This document shows, piece after piece, positions 34,462-42,904 of a stretch of DNA of 64,000 nt. Where the stretch lies: positions 1 through 64,000 of IMG/VR virus record IMGVR_UViG_3300036832_001166; one strand, given 5' to 3'. The notes under the pieces were generated by a model. That model worked only from the letters and a program-made list of their open reading frames with translations, did not search any database and was not told where the DNA came from. Origin of the DNA: a virus. Position numbers and translations under genes: made by a program. Every line of letters starts with the position of its first letter. Position 1 is the stretch's first letter.

Positions 34462-34808
34462 TGGGCTTTCTAACTCGCGCGCTCGTGCCGCGAAGTGTCC
34501 GACGCGCGGCACATCCTGTGCGGACCGCGAAGCGCGCCGCCACGCCTAAGACGATCAAGAAGGCGCGCCGCGCCCTCAGCCCGATCGACAACGCGATGTA
34601 CGACGTCGAGCGCAAGCTGAACACGAAGTCGCCCAAGCAGAAGCGGCAGGCGACACGCCCGAGCCGCAAGCATGGCGGGGCCTACATAGGCGCGTGGGTC
34701 GAGGACCGGGGCACCGGCATGCGCGGGCGAGTGACCGAGCTGCTGGACGACGGCTCCGTGGTGACGATCTGGGAGGACGGCGAGATGAGGACTGCCCGTG
34801 CCGACTAG
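34461..34808 (+). CDS. Basic hypothetical protein
   Basis: P..VRRAAHPVRT.KRA.TPK pattern; SH3-like C-terminus. Confidence 0.6.
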   Translation: MGFLTRALVPRSVRRAAHPVRTAKRAATPKTIKKARRALSPIDNAMYDVERKLNTKSPKQKRQATRPSRKHGGAYIGAWVEDRGTGMRGRVTELLDDGSVVTIWEDGEMRTARAD

Positions 34809-35004
34809 CGCACAGAACGACCGCTTCGACGCGGCCGTCGACCGGCTTGACGACCGGTTCGTCGCACGCGTGCTCGGGCTCGGCAGCTACGGCGCCGACT
34901 ATGAGGCGATCGTCGTGCGCTTCGACAGCCTCCCGCAGGATCGTGCTGAGCGGATTCTGCGGGCGCTGGAGGGCGAGGCCCGCCGGATCCAGGGCCTGTG
35001 GTAA
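34798..35004 (+). CDS. Hypothetical protein
   Basis: 68 aa, overlap coupling. Confidence 0.5.
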   Translation: MPTSAQNDRFDAAVDRLDDRFVARVLGLGSYGADYEAIVVRFDSLPQDRAERILRALEGEARRIQGLW

Positions 35005-35024
35005 CGCACGATGTGTGCTACAAT
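35002..35024 (+). promoter_or_regulatory. Operator copy plus -10 box
   Basis: TAACGCACGATGTGTGCTA with -10 TACAAT. Confidence 0.75.
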
Positions 35025-35068
35025 GAGGGTGCGGTCAGGAGAGACCGCAAACCGACCGAGGAGCAGAC

Positions 35069-36934
35069 TTGACCACCACCCTGCAAGCCGTTTACGAGCG
35101 CCAGCAGGCTGCCGATAACGCGCGCTGGGATGTCAGCGAGACCTACGAGCGCGTGTACTGGGAGCTGGACGCCCGGGCGCGTGAGCGGGTCAACGTGTAC
35201 GAGCATCCCGACGTCGCCGCCGCCCAGCGCGTCGCTGACAAGCTGAACACTGAGGTCGCCGCGCTCCGCGAGGAGGTCGGCGGACGCGTGTTCCGCGTCG
35301 TCGACAGCAAGCTCGACGAGCTGCGCGCCCGGATCGAGAAGCTGAATAAGAAGGCCGCCAAGTACGAGACCGAGCCGGTCACGCTGATCGTCTCCGACGA
35401 GCACGACCAGCAGGTGATCCGCGAGGCCCGCCCCGCCGGGGACGCGGTCGAGGCCTCCCTGGAGGCCGTCGAGGGCACCCGCCACTACACCGAGCGGATC
35501 GTCGACTACACGTTCGTGGTGGTCGACGGGCCCAGCGCGGTGATCGAGGGCTGGGTGTTCGTGGCCACGCTGGACCACGACGCCGACCAGGGCGCTGACG
35601 AGAGCGTCGGCATCCGCCGGGCGCCCGTGGGCACCAACCTGATCAACCGGGTCGGCGCCGAGGCCGCTGCGGCGGTCGAGGCGGCCGACCTGACGAGCTA
35701 CCGTCACGCGCGCGCTGACTGCGATCACTGCGGCTGGAAGCGGCGCCGCAACCAGACCTACGTGCTCTACGAGCTGGCCACCGGCGCGCTGCGCCAGATC
35801 GGCTCGACGTGCCTGAAGGACTACACCGGCGCCAGCTCCGCTGAGCGGGCCGCCTCGTGGGCCGAGTGGCTGGAGGCCCTGTACAGCGACCTGGGCGGCG
35901 GCGAGTACGGCGAGCCCGGCGACGGCGGCGGACGGATCGCCTTCCGGACCGACGACTTCCTGGCCAACGTGGCAGCGGTCACCCGCGAGAACGGCTGGCG
36001 ATCGCGCTGGAGCAAGGACGGCTACGGCGGCTTCGAGCGCAACCACGACGCCACAGCCGACCAGGCGCTGGCCAACATGAACGCCCGCAAGCCTGACATC
36101 AAGGTCACCGACGAGGACTGCGAGGAGGCCCGGATCGCGCTGGAGTGGGTCCGCGACGACCTTGCCGAGCGCGACGAGCTGGACGAGTTCCAGCACAACC
36201 TCGCGACCTACTGCCGCGCGGACTACCTGCCCGCCAAGGGCGACGGGTTCGTGGCCTACGCCATCGAAGCGCGCAAGCGCGAGATCGGGACGCGGCTGGA
36301 GTACGAGCGCAAGGAGCGGGTCGCGGTCGAGTCCGAGTGGATCGGCGAGCCCAAGCAGCGGATCAAGGGCCTGGTCTTCACCGTCACCTTCACCAAGGTG
36401 ATCGACGGGCTCTACGGCGCCAAGCAGCTCACCAAGGGCCACGACGCCGACGGGAACCTCCTGATCTGGTGGGCGTCCGGCGGCACCTGGCTCGACCAGG
36501 GTCACACCTACGAGCTGACCGCCACCGTCAAGGCCCACGACCGCGACAGCTACCAGAATGACGCGAAGGTGACCGAGATCACCCGGGTCCACGGGCCCTC
36601 CGTCACGGACATCACCGTGTGCGAGACGTGCGGCGAGCGACTCCAGCCCGACCCCGAGAAGGCGGGCTCAAGCAAGGCCGAGATCTGCGCCTGCACCATC
36701 AAGGCGCGGGAGGAGGAGGACGCGAAGCGGGCCGCTGAGGAGGCGGCCTTTGACGCTGAGCACGCTGAGCTGCGCGCGATCTACGACCGCGTCCGCGGAG
36801 ACAACCAGAGCATCTGGCGGCACCTGAAGTTCGGGAGCTTCGTCGCGACCGCGAAGAACGACCCCGAGCTGGTCGAGGCGCTGGTGAAGAGCCTGGACGA
36901 GAAGGCAGCAGCAACGACCGAGGAGACACGATGA
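35069..36934 (+). CDS. Large phage protein with a Zn-binding site (CDHCG...STCL) and an OB-fold-like domain
   Basis: CDHCGWKRRR...QIGSTCLKDY; IGEPKQR...YGAK...DADGNLLIWWAS...ATVKAH...TEITR. Confidence 0.75.
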   Translation: MTTTLQAVYERQQAADNARWDVSETYERVYWELDARARERVNVYEHPDVAAAQRVADKLNTEVAALREEVGGRVFRVVDSKLDELRARIEKLNKKAAKYETEPVTLIVSDEHDQQVIREARPAGDAVEASLEAVEGTRHYTERIVDYTFVVVDGPSAVIEGWVFVATLDHDADQGADESVGIRRAPVGTNLINRVGAEAAAAVEAADLTSYRHARADCDHCGWKRRRNQTYVLYELATGALRQIGSTCLKDYTGASSAERAASWAEWLEALYSDLGGGEYGEPGDGGGRIAFRTDDFLANVAAVTRENGWRSRWSKDGYGGFERNHDATADQALANMNARKPDIKVTDEDCEEARIALEWVRDDLAERDELDEFQHNLATYCRADYLPAKGDGFVAYAIEARKREIGTRLEYERKERVAVESEWIGEPKQRIKGLVFTVTFTKVIDGLYGAKQLTKGHDADGNLLIWWASGGTWLDQGHTYELTATVKAHDRDSYQNDAKVTEITRVHGPSVTDITVCETCGERLQPDPEKAGSSKAEICACTIKAREEEDAKRAAEEAAFDAEHAELRAIYDRVRGDNQSIWRHLKFGSFVATAKNDPELVEALVKSLDEKAAATTEETR

Positions 36935-37167
36935 CCACGACCGAGAACACGACCGTCACGATCGGCCGGATCACCTACGAGGTGACCGCCACCGGCGACG
37001 AGAACACGCCGTACGAGCTGCGCGGACCGCGCGGCGCGCACTACGGGCTGATGCGCAACGTGCCCCGACCCGAACTGCTGTTCCTCTTCAACATGAGGGG
37101 CTTCACGCGGGGCACGCCCGACGCCTGGTTCACCGACCGGAGCGGGACACTGGAGCTGCTGCGATGA
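36931..37167 (+). CDS. Hypothetical protein (YELRGPRGA.Y.L.RN)
   Basis: CGACCGAGGAG RBS. Confidence 0.65.
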   Translation: MTTTENTTVTIGRITYEVTATGDENTPYELRGPRGAHYGLMRNVPRPELLFLFNMRGFTRGTPDAWFTDRSGTLELLR

Positions 37168-37406
37168 CCGATGAACCGTTCAGGATCGGACCCGACTATC
37201 TCAACGAGGTGCTCGACGCCGCTGACGTGAAGGGCGTCACGATGACGAAGGACTGGCGCGGGCAGCTCAAGCTCGACACCGAGCTGTCATCGACCGAGGT
37301 GATCAACCTCCTGATCAGCGGCCTAGCCCTGCTGTACGCCCGGCTGACCAAGGCGCGTGACGAGCTGGCCAGGACGCAGGAGGCAATCATCGGGGATGAG
37401 CCATGA
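37164..37406 (+). CDS. Hypothetical protein
   Basis: ATGA overlap. Confidence 0.55.
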   Translation: MTDEPFRIGPDYLNEVLDAADVKGVTMTKDWRGQLKLDTELSSTEVINLLISGLALLYARLTKARDELARTQEAIIGDEP

Positions 37407-37621
37407 GCAACCTCAGGCTGCTCTGGATCCGCAGCGCGACGGACCGCTACTCGCGTGACGCGGACGAGGCGTCCAACTGGTACGAGCTGCGCGAGGACGA
37501 CGGCACGCTGATCACCGAGGGCGACGACCACGACATCCTGATGGCGCTCGCGGACCGCGAGGGCGTCGAGATCGACTACGGCCCGAACACCGGCGCCGGG
37601 CGACGGCGGGCTGAAGGATGA
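37403..37621 (+). CDS. Hypothetical protein
   Basis: ATGA overlap. Confidence 0.55.
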   Translation: MSNLRLLWIRSATDRYSRDADEASNWYELREDDGTLITEGDDHDILMALADREGVEIDYGPNTGAGRRRAEG

Positions 37622-37816
37622 GCCGGATCCTGGCCCGGAAGCAGGAAGCGATCATCGGTGACGAGCCATGAGCCGCATTGTTGCTCGTGTGCTCGCGCTG
37701 GTGGCTGACGCGCTCAAGCTGATCGCCGCCGGTGGCTACGCGCAGGCGGCGGGTAGCTTGCGCCAGGCCGCCAACCAACTGGACGAGCTGTCATGAACGC
37801 CGCTCGGGTCCCGGCA

Positions 37817-38725
37817 TCACCGCGGTGACTGCTGAACCTCGGCGCACACGGCGAACGCCGTGACCTGCCACGCGAGCGTGGCGCCGTGGCTGACTACGCC
37901 GATCAGCCAGCCGCGGTCGTCGGGCGCAGGGCCGTCGGCCTGAACGACGAGGTGTGGGTCGGCGGGCTGGTTGGAGAACCCGCCGGAGATCGCGGCCATT
38001 CCCCCCGGGCAGTCCACGGTCAGCAGCTTGGCCGGTGTCGTGTCGGGCCCGTCGACCTGCTTGACGACGGTCACGCTGGAGACTCCCGCTGAGCCCTGGG
38101 GCCCGGCTACGCCCGGCGGCCCCTGCGGCCCGGTGTCGCCCTTCTCGCCCTTTGCGCCACGGATGCCCTGGATGCCCTGGGCGCCCTGGTCGCCGGTCGC
38201 GCCGGGTACGCCCTGGTCGCCGGTCGCGCCCGTCGGACCGATCTCTCCGGTGGCTCCAGCCGGGCCGGTGGTGCCGGGCACGCCTGCGGCCCCGGTGGCG
38301 CCAACCGCGCCGGTGGCGCCGGGTGCGCCCGCCGCTCCAGCGTCGCCCTTCGCGCCCTTGGGCCCGGCCGGGCCCGGCGGCAGGGCCGCGGGGTTAGAGC
38401 CCGGCTGCCCGGGTGCGCCGTCCTTGCCGTTGGCGCCGGGGACGCCCGGTAGGCCGCGCTCGCCGCGCAGGTAGAGGTAGATGTCGTTGCTCTTGTCGTT
38501 GGCGGAGCTGGCGGTCTTGTGCGCGTGATCGGCAGCGAGCTGGGCCGCGTCGGTCTGATCGCGGGCGACGCGTCCGGCCAGCAGCAGCGCCGCGCATGTG
38601 AGTAGGGCCAGGCAGCCGAGCGCGAGCCAGGTGCCGAGGAACCGGTGGCGCGAGTAGCGCAGCACCTGCTTGTTGAGGGCGGCGAGCTGTTGGAGCGGGT
38701 CGGGCGGGGGGTCAGGGGTCGCCAT
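37817..38725 (-). CDS. Membrane-anchored collagen-like protein
   Basis: TM helix FLGTWLALGCLALLTCAALLLAG; ~100 residues of Gly-X-Y; C-terminal CPGG..AISGGF...GW...AVCA domain. Confidence 0.8.
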   Translation of the reverse strand: MATPDPPPDPLQQLAALNKQVLRYSRHRFLGTWLALGCLALLTCAALLLAGRVARDQTDAAQLAADHAHKTASSANDKSNDIYLYLRGERGLPGVPGANGKDGAPGQPGSNPAALPPGPAGPKGAKGDAGAAGAPGATGAVGATGAAGVPGTTGPAGATGEIGPTGATGDQGVPGATGDQGAQGIQGIRGAKGEKGDTGPQGPPGVAGPQGSAGVSSVTVVKQVDGPDTTPAKLLTVDCPGGMAAISGGFSNQPADPHLVVQADGPAPDDRGWLIGVVSHGATLAWQVTAFAVCAEVQQSPR

Positions 38726-39035
38726 CGCTGGTCTCCTTGGGGTCGAGTCTGCGCATCTTGCCGCCCAGCATCGCCTGCGTCTCGGCCAGTTGGCGCCGCG
38801 CCTCGCGCAGCTCGCCGGTCAGCTCGGTGTTGCGCTGGTGCTCCTCATCGCGCTGCGTGCGCAGCTCGGCGGTGAGCGCGGTCATCTCGCTGACGATGGT
38901 GTTCTGCTGGGTGAGGACGGCGGTGGTGTCGTCACGCCGCCAGCGCAGCGCGGTGAAGATCAGACCCGCTACACCGGCGACACCGATGGCGATAGACACC
39001 AGGGAGGGGACGTCTATGGCAGCGAGGATCGGCAT
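38712..39035 (-). CDS. Single-TM coiled-coil protein (lysis-accessory-like)
   Basis: N-terminal TM then heptads; overlaps the collagen gene start. Confidence 0.65.
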   Translation of the reverse strand: MPILAAIDVPSLVSIAIGVAGVAGLIFTALRWRRDDTTAVLTQQNTIVSEMTALTAELRTQRDEEHQRNTELTGELREARRQLAETQAMLGGKMRRLDPKETSDGDP

Positions 39036-39138
39036 CACCTCACATCGTCCCGGCCAACCCGGGACAGCCCGGAATCCGAATCCGGGAGGCGCCCAGACCG
39101 GCTGTAGGCTCCGGTCTGTGTCCAGCGAAGGAGACCCC

Positions 39139-39816
39139 GTGAATGAGATCGAGCGGCTGCTGGAGCGTGGTGCTGTCCTCCTGGAGCCTGCCGGGCCGAT
39201 GCTGCCGACCGAGTACGGCAAGCGTTGGCTGGAGCGGATCTGGACCGACCTCGACCGCCACTCCAACACGATCCGCGACGTGGCCAAGCTCGCTGAATGC
39301 GAGCGGACGGAGGCCGGGTGGGAGAGCGAAGCGCAGCGATGGGCGGCGCTGGAGCAGCTCCTGACCGACGAGGGCGTTCCGACCGCGATCAGCTCGGGCG
39401 TCTCGCAGTACGGGATGGCGAAGCTGATCGACCACCTGAACGGCAAGACGGCGTTCACGATGCCGGTCACGGTGGCGATGGCGCTGCTGACGGCCGCGCC
39501 GACCTCCACCACCACCGGCGCCACGGGCGTGGAGGCGACCTATACCGGCTACGGCCGTCAGACGATCGCTGGTGCCGGATGGAACGCTGCGACGGCCGCG
39601 ACGCCATCGGTGGGCACCAACGCGTCGACGATCACGTTCGGCAACTGCACGGCGGGCACGAGCACGCTGCTCGGCTTCACCCTCGATGATTCGGCCACGG
39701 TCAGCGCGGGCAACGCGCTGTGGTACGGGACGCTGACCTCGACGGTCATCTCGACCACGCAGACCCCGCCGACGGTCGCGGCGGGTGCGCTGAGCACGTC
39801 CATGACCGGGACCTAG
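39139..39816 (+). CDS. Putative virion structural/fibre-associated protein
   Basis: C-terminal EATYTGYGRQ...W..A...N...ITFG...F.L.D....GN.LWYG.L pattern of small phage fibre-associated proteins; AAGGAG RBS. Confidence 0.65.
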   Translation: MNEIERLLERGAVLLEPAGPMLPTEYGKRWLERIWTDLDRHSNTIRDVAKLAECERTEAGWESEAQRWAALEQLLTDEGVPTAISSGVSQYGMAKLIDHLNGKTAFTMPVTVAMALLTAAPTSTTTGATGVEATYTGYGRQTIAGAGWNAATAATPSVGTNASTITFGNCTAGTSTLLGFTLDDSATVSAGNALWYGTLTSTVISTTQTPPTVAAGALSTSMTGT

Positions 39817-39828
39817 AGGGGAGCGACG

Positions 39829-40254
39829 ATGGGCGAGATCTACACCCACCCGGACACCGGCGAGGAGGTCGAGATCCCCGACGGGGCGGAGATCACCTAC
39901 GTCGGCAAGGGCAAGGACGCCCAGATCGCCGGGTGGTCAAACCCGCCCGACACGGCCGAGGGCGACCTGCACCCCGACCAGGTCGAGGACTACGAGCCGC
40001 ACTTCGACCGGGCGAGCATCCAGCGTCGCGTGCTCGGCTACATCACCGATGACGACCACGTCGGCCGTGGGCCGCGCAACACTGCCGACCGGCTGAACCA
40101 GGAGCTTGACGAGGATCCGTTCTCGCCGTACGTCGCTGACGACGATGATGTCCAGGCCTACCTGGATGAGTTGGTCGAGGCGGGGCTGGTCGAGGACCGC
40201 GGCGACGGCACCTACGGCGTCACCGAGCCGGGGCGCATCGAACTCGTCAACTAG
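39829..40254 (+). CDS. Hypothetical protein with a C-terminal winged-helix-like segment
   Basis: VQAYLDELVEAGLVE..GDGTY.VTE.G. Confidence 0.6.
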   Translation: MGEIYTHPDTGEEVEIPDGAEITYVGKGKDAQIAGWSNPPDTAEGDLHPDQVEDYEPHFDRASIQRRVLGYITDDDHVGRGPRNTADRLNQELDEDPFSPYVADDDDVQAYLDELVEAGLVEDRGDGTYGVTEPGRIELVN

Positions 40255-40266
40255 GAAGGGGCCGTC

Positions 40267-40545
40267 ATGGTCACCGCTCGCTTCGCTGACGGCACGGCTG
40301 GCGTCTACAACACCGTCACCGAGGCGCTTGACCAGGCGTCCGCGGACCAGATGCTAGGCACGGGTGACCTGCAGGACGTGATCGACGGCGGCCCGTACGA
40401 CGATCCATTCTCCGTCGCCAACCCGACCATCGTGGCGACGCCCGCCGATCTCGCGACGCATTACACGACGTGGTCGCAGGCAAACGGTGAGGTCGGCGGC
40501 CGGGTGATGCCCGTCAACCTGATCGACGCCTCCGGGGTGTACTGA
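40267..40545 (+). CDS. Hypothetical protein
   Basis: GGAAGG RBS. Confidence 0.6.
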   Translation: MVTARFADGTAGVYNTVTEALDQASADQMLGTGDLQDVIDGGPYDDPFSVANPTIVATPADLATHYTTWSQANGEVGGRVMPVNLIDASGVY

Positions 40546-41189
40546 TGAGATGGACCCGCGAGCGGGGCGCGCTCGTCCCGGTCGTCGAGGATCTGGTCGC
40601 GTCCGATCTCCTGCGCAAATGGGAGGCGTTTGATCTGAGCCGTGAGCGCGATTGCCAGCGACGCGAGTGGGGGCGGACGCTTCGCGATGTTCTGCGCTCC
40701 GGTCGGCCGACCATGAGCGTGCCGGGCAACGCCTACTCCGTTGTCAGTCCTGTCTTCGCGGTGACCACGACCGCGAAGACGGCGGTCAACCTGATCACCG
40801 GGGCTTCCAACCAGCCGTCGATCGTCGAGTGGGGCGTTTCGTGCGACGGCACGAGCGGCAACCTGCTGATTGAGCTGTGCCAGTCGACGCAGGCGGGCGC
40901 GGGCACGCCGGGCTCCAGCCCGACCCCCACTCAGATTCGCGGCTGGCCCGCTCAGACGAGCGCGAACACGTGCAGCATCAGCTACACCGCCGAGCCGACC
41001 GTGCTCACGACGTCGGGCGTCAAACGCTGGCGCATCCCGCTGCCCGGCGGCCCGCTGGTCATCCAGTCCCCGCTTGGTCGTGAGATCACGGGGATCATCA
41101 CCGCGGCGACGTCCGCGAAAGGACTCTGCCTCCGGCTCACCGCTTCGGTCGCGGCGAACGCCGACAGCTACGCGGAATGGGAAGAATGA
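40545..41189 (+). CDS. Putative virion structural protein (beta-rich C-terminal 158 aa)
   Basis: TAKT.VNLI....Q..IVEWGVS.DG......IEL...EWEE C-terminus. Confidence 0.6.
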   Translation: MRWTRERGALVPVVEDLVASDLLRKWEAFDLSRERDCQRREWGRTLRDVLRSGRPTMSVPGNAYSVVSPVFAVTTTAKTAVNLITGASNQPSIVEWGVSCDGTSGNLLIELCQSTQAGAGTPGSSPTPTQIRGWPAQTSANTCSISYTAEPTVLTTSGVKRWRIPLPGGPLVIQSPLGREITGIITAATSAKGLCLRLTASVAANADSYAEWEE

Positions 41190-41290
41190 GCGAGAACCAC
41201 CCTGATGCGTCTGGGATGAGGCGAATCGGGACTAGCCGTAAGCAGGGCTAGGCTGTGGCGTTCGCGCTGGTCGGCGCGGCGGGCTGAGCG

Positions 41291-42073
41291 GTGGCCGCCC
41301 CTAGCGCTACCAACGTCGGCGTGCTGTCGGCCAAGGGCCTGAGCGCCAGTCCGGTTACGACAGCAGCAATCGGAACGGCAGCCAGCGGCGCGGGAGCCTA
41401 TGTACTGCTGTTGCAAATGGCTTCGCCGACAGGCACTGGCACCTATACGGCCGTAAGTTGCACCGACTCGGCAGGGAATAGCTATACGGTGGCTGCGGGA
41501 ACGCTGGCTGGCCCCAGCAACTCTGCAGGTCAAGCGGGCGCCATTCTGGTGAGCGGCTCGAATCCGAACGCGCTTCTGACGACCAGCACATTCACCGTGA
41601 CTGCCACGGGCACGACGATCGGAAAATATGTTCTGCATGTACTCAAGATCGACGTGCCGCCTACTGTTGTCGCCGGTACGGGCGCGGCCGGAACGCTGAC
41701 CGGCGGCTCGACGATAGCGGTCACGTCAGGGACGCCTGCTGCGAGCGGCGATTACCTTTGGCTCGGGACAATGGGTTGGGGTTCGAGCGGTCAAACCGCA
41801 ACCATTTCGTCCACGGGATACACGCTCATTCCAACCGGCACGGCCGTCGAGGGGACCACGGGCGGCAGCGCAACGACCAACATCTCGGCGAAGGAGGGCT
41901 ATCAGCAGGTCTTGGCTTCCGCGTCGCCGCAGACGTTCAATGGAACGCTCAGCGGCAATGCGTCATGTCCGGGGGCCTCGATTGTGGCGCTTAGCGTCGT
42001 CGCCGCTGCGCCTGCGAAAGTAGGCACGCCGATCGTTGTCAGCCAGGCCGTATCACGGGCGGCGACGAGATAG
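41291..42073 (+). CDS. Gly/Thr/Ala-rich putative fibre/receptor-binding protein with atypical codon usage
   Basis: 260 aa, beta-rich, many A/T-ending codons; in frame with a 10-codon leader (41255) that ends at TGA 41285. Confidence 0.65.
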   Translation: MAAPSATNVGVLSAKGLSASPVTTAAIGTAASGAGAYVLLLQMASPTGTGTYTAVSCTDSAGNSYTVAAGTLAGPSNSAGQAGAILVSGSNPNALLTTSTFTVTATGTTIGKYVLHVLKIDVPPTVVAGTGAAGTLTGGSTIAVTSGTPAASGDYLWLGTMGWGSSGQTATISSTGYTLIPTGTAVEGTTGGSATTNISAKEGYQQVLASASPQTFNGTLSGNASCPGASIVALSVVAAAPAKVGTPIVVSQAVSRAATR

Positions 42074-42904
42074 ATGGCGCGCACCGGGCGCTCCGCACCG
42101 TCGCTAGGCCGGGTCCAGGTACTGCAGACGCGGCTGCCGCCGCCGCCGATCGCGACGCTCCAGGACGCGTTCGTCGGGTCCGTGCTCAACTCGTCGCTGT
42201 GGCAGGTCGAGAGCGGCACCGTGTCGGTCAGTGGCCAGTTGAACCTGACGGCGACCTCGGGGTACTCCGGCGTGGTGTCCAGGAATCGCTACCGGCTCAC
42301 CGGCTCGGCCTTTCTGCTGCAGCTCACCCCGATGGCAGTGGGTAACGGCACGAACCAGGTCGGCTTCGGCCTACGACCCCACCAACTCGACAACAACATC
42401 GGTTCGCTCGGAGCCGACGTTGGTGGATCCGGCCCGCCCCCGACGCTCGAAGCCACCTACCGCGACACCAGCGGCACCCAGCACTTGGTCGGGGCGGGGA
42501 TCCCGTGCCCCACCGGAGCCAGTCCGATCTGGCTGCGCGTCCGAGAATCCGCCGGGACGGTGTATTGGGACTGGTCGGCGGACAACCTGAACTGGACCAA
42601 CGTCTGGAGCCTGGCCGACCCGTTCTCGACCGACGCGCTCTACGTCGAGATCTTCGCCGGGCACTACGGCGCCGAGACCGATACGATCGCGGCGCTCGAC
42701 AACGTCAACGTTCTACCGGCGCTGACGACGCCAGTCGCTGCTGCGGCTACGGCGGCGGCGGCCTACGTGACCGGTGGCCCGGTGCAGCAGATGTTCCCGT
42801 CCGGCGACCTGACTGCCACCGGCTGGACGCCGTCGAGCGGCACGAGCCTGTCCGCGATGCTGAGCGACCAGGCCGACGCCACCTACGACTTCTCGCCGGT
42901 GTAA
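42074..42904 (+). CDS. Concanavalin-A/LamG-like putative fibre protein
   Basis: LQDAF...LNSSLW...WLRVRESAG.VYWDWSAD..NWT beta-sandwich pattern. Confidence 0.65.
   Translation: MARTGRSAPSLGRVQVLQTRLPPPPIATLQDAFVGSVLNSSLWQVESGTVSVSGQLNLTATSGYSGVVSRNRYRLTGSAFLLQLTPMAVGNGTNQVGFGLRPHQLDNNIGSLGADVGGSGPPPTLEATYRDTSGTQHLVGAGIPCPTGASPIWLRVRESAGTVYWDWSADNLNWTNVWSLADPFSTDALYVEIFAGHYGAETDTIAALDNVNVLPALTTPVAAAATAAAAYVTGGPVQQMFPSGDLTATGWTPSSGTSLSAMLSDQADATYDFSPV

Noticed and set aside
41285-41287. Selenocysteine codon or genome-wide stop-codon reassignment
   Set aside because: No convincing SECIS (only a 4-bp hairpin) and no redox motif. TGA, TAG and TAA all end well-coupled genes, and very long ORFs are intact under code 11.
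42505-42903. N-terminal extension of the giant protein given by the ORF track
   Set aside because: It overlaps the upstream gene in another frame and is Arg-rich shadow sequence; TAATG coupling supports ATG 42904.
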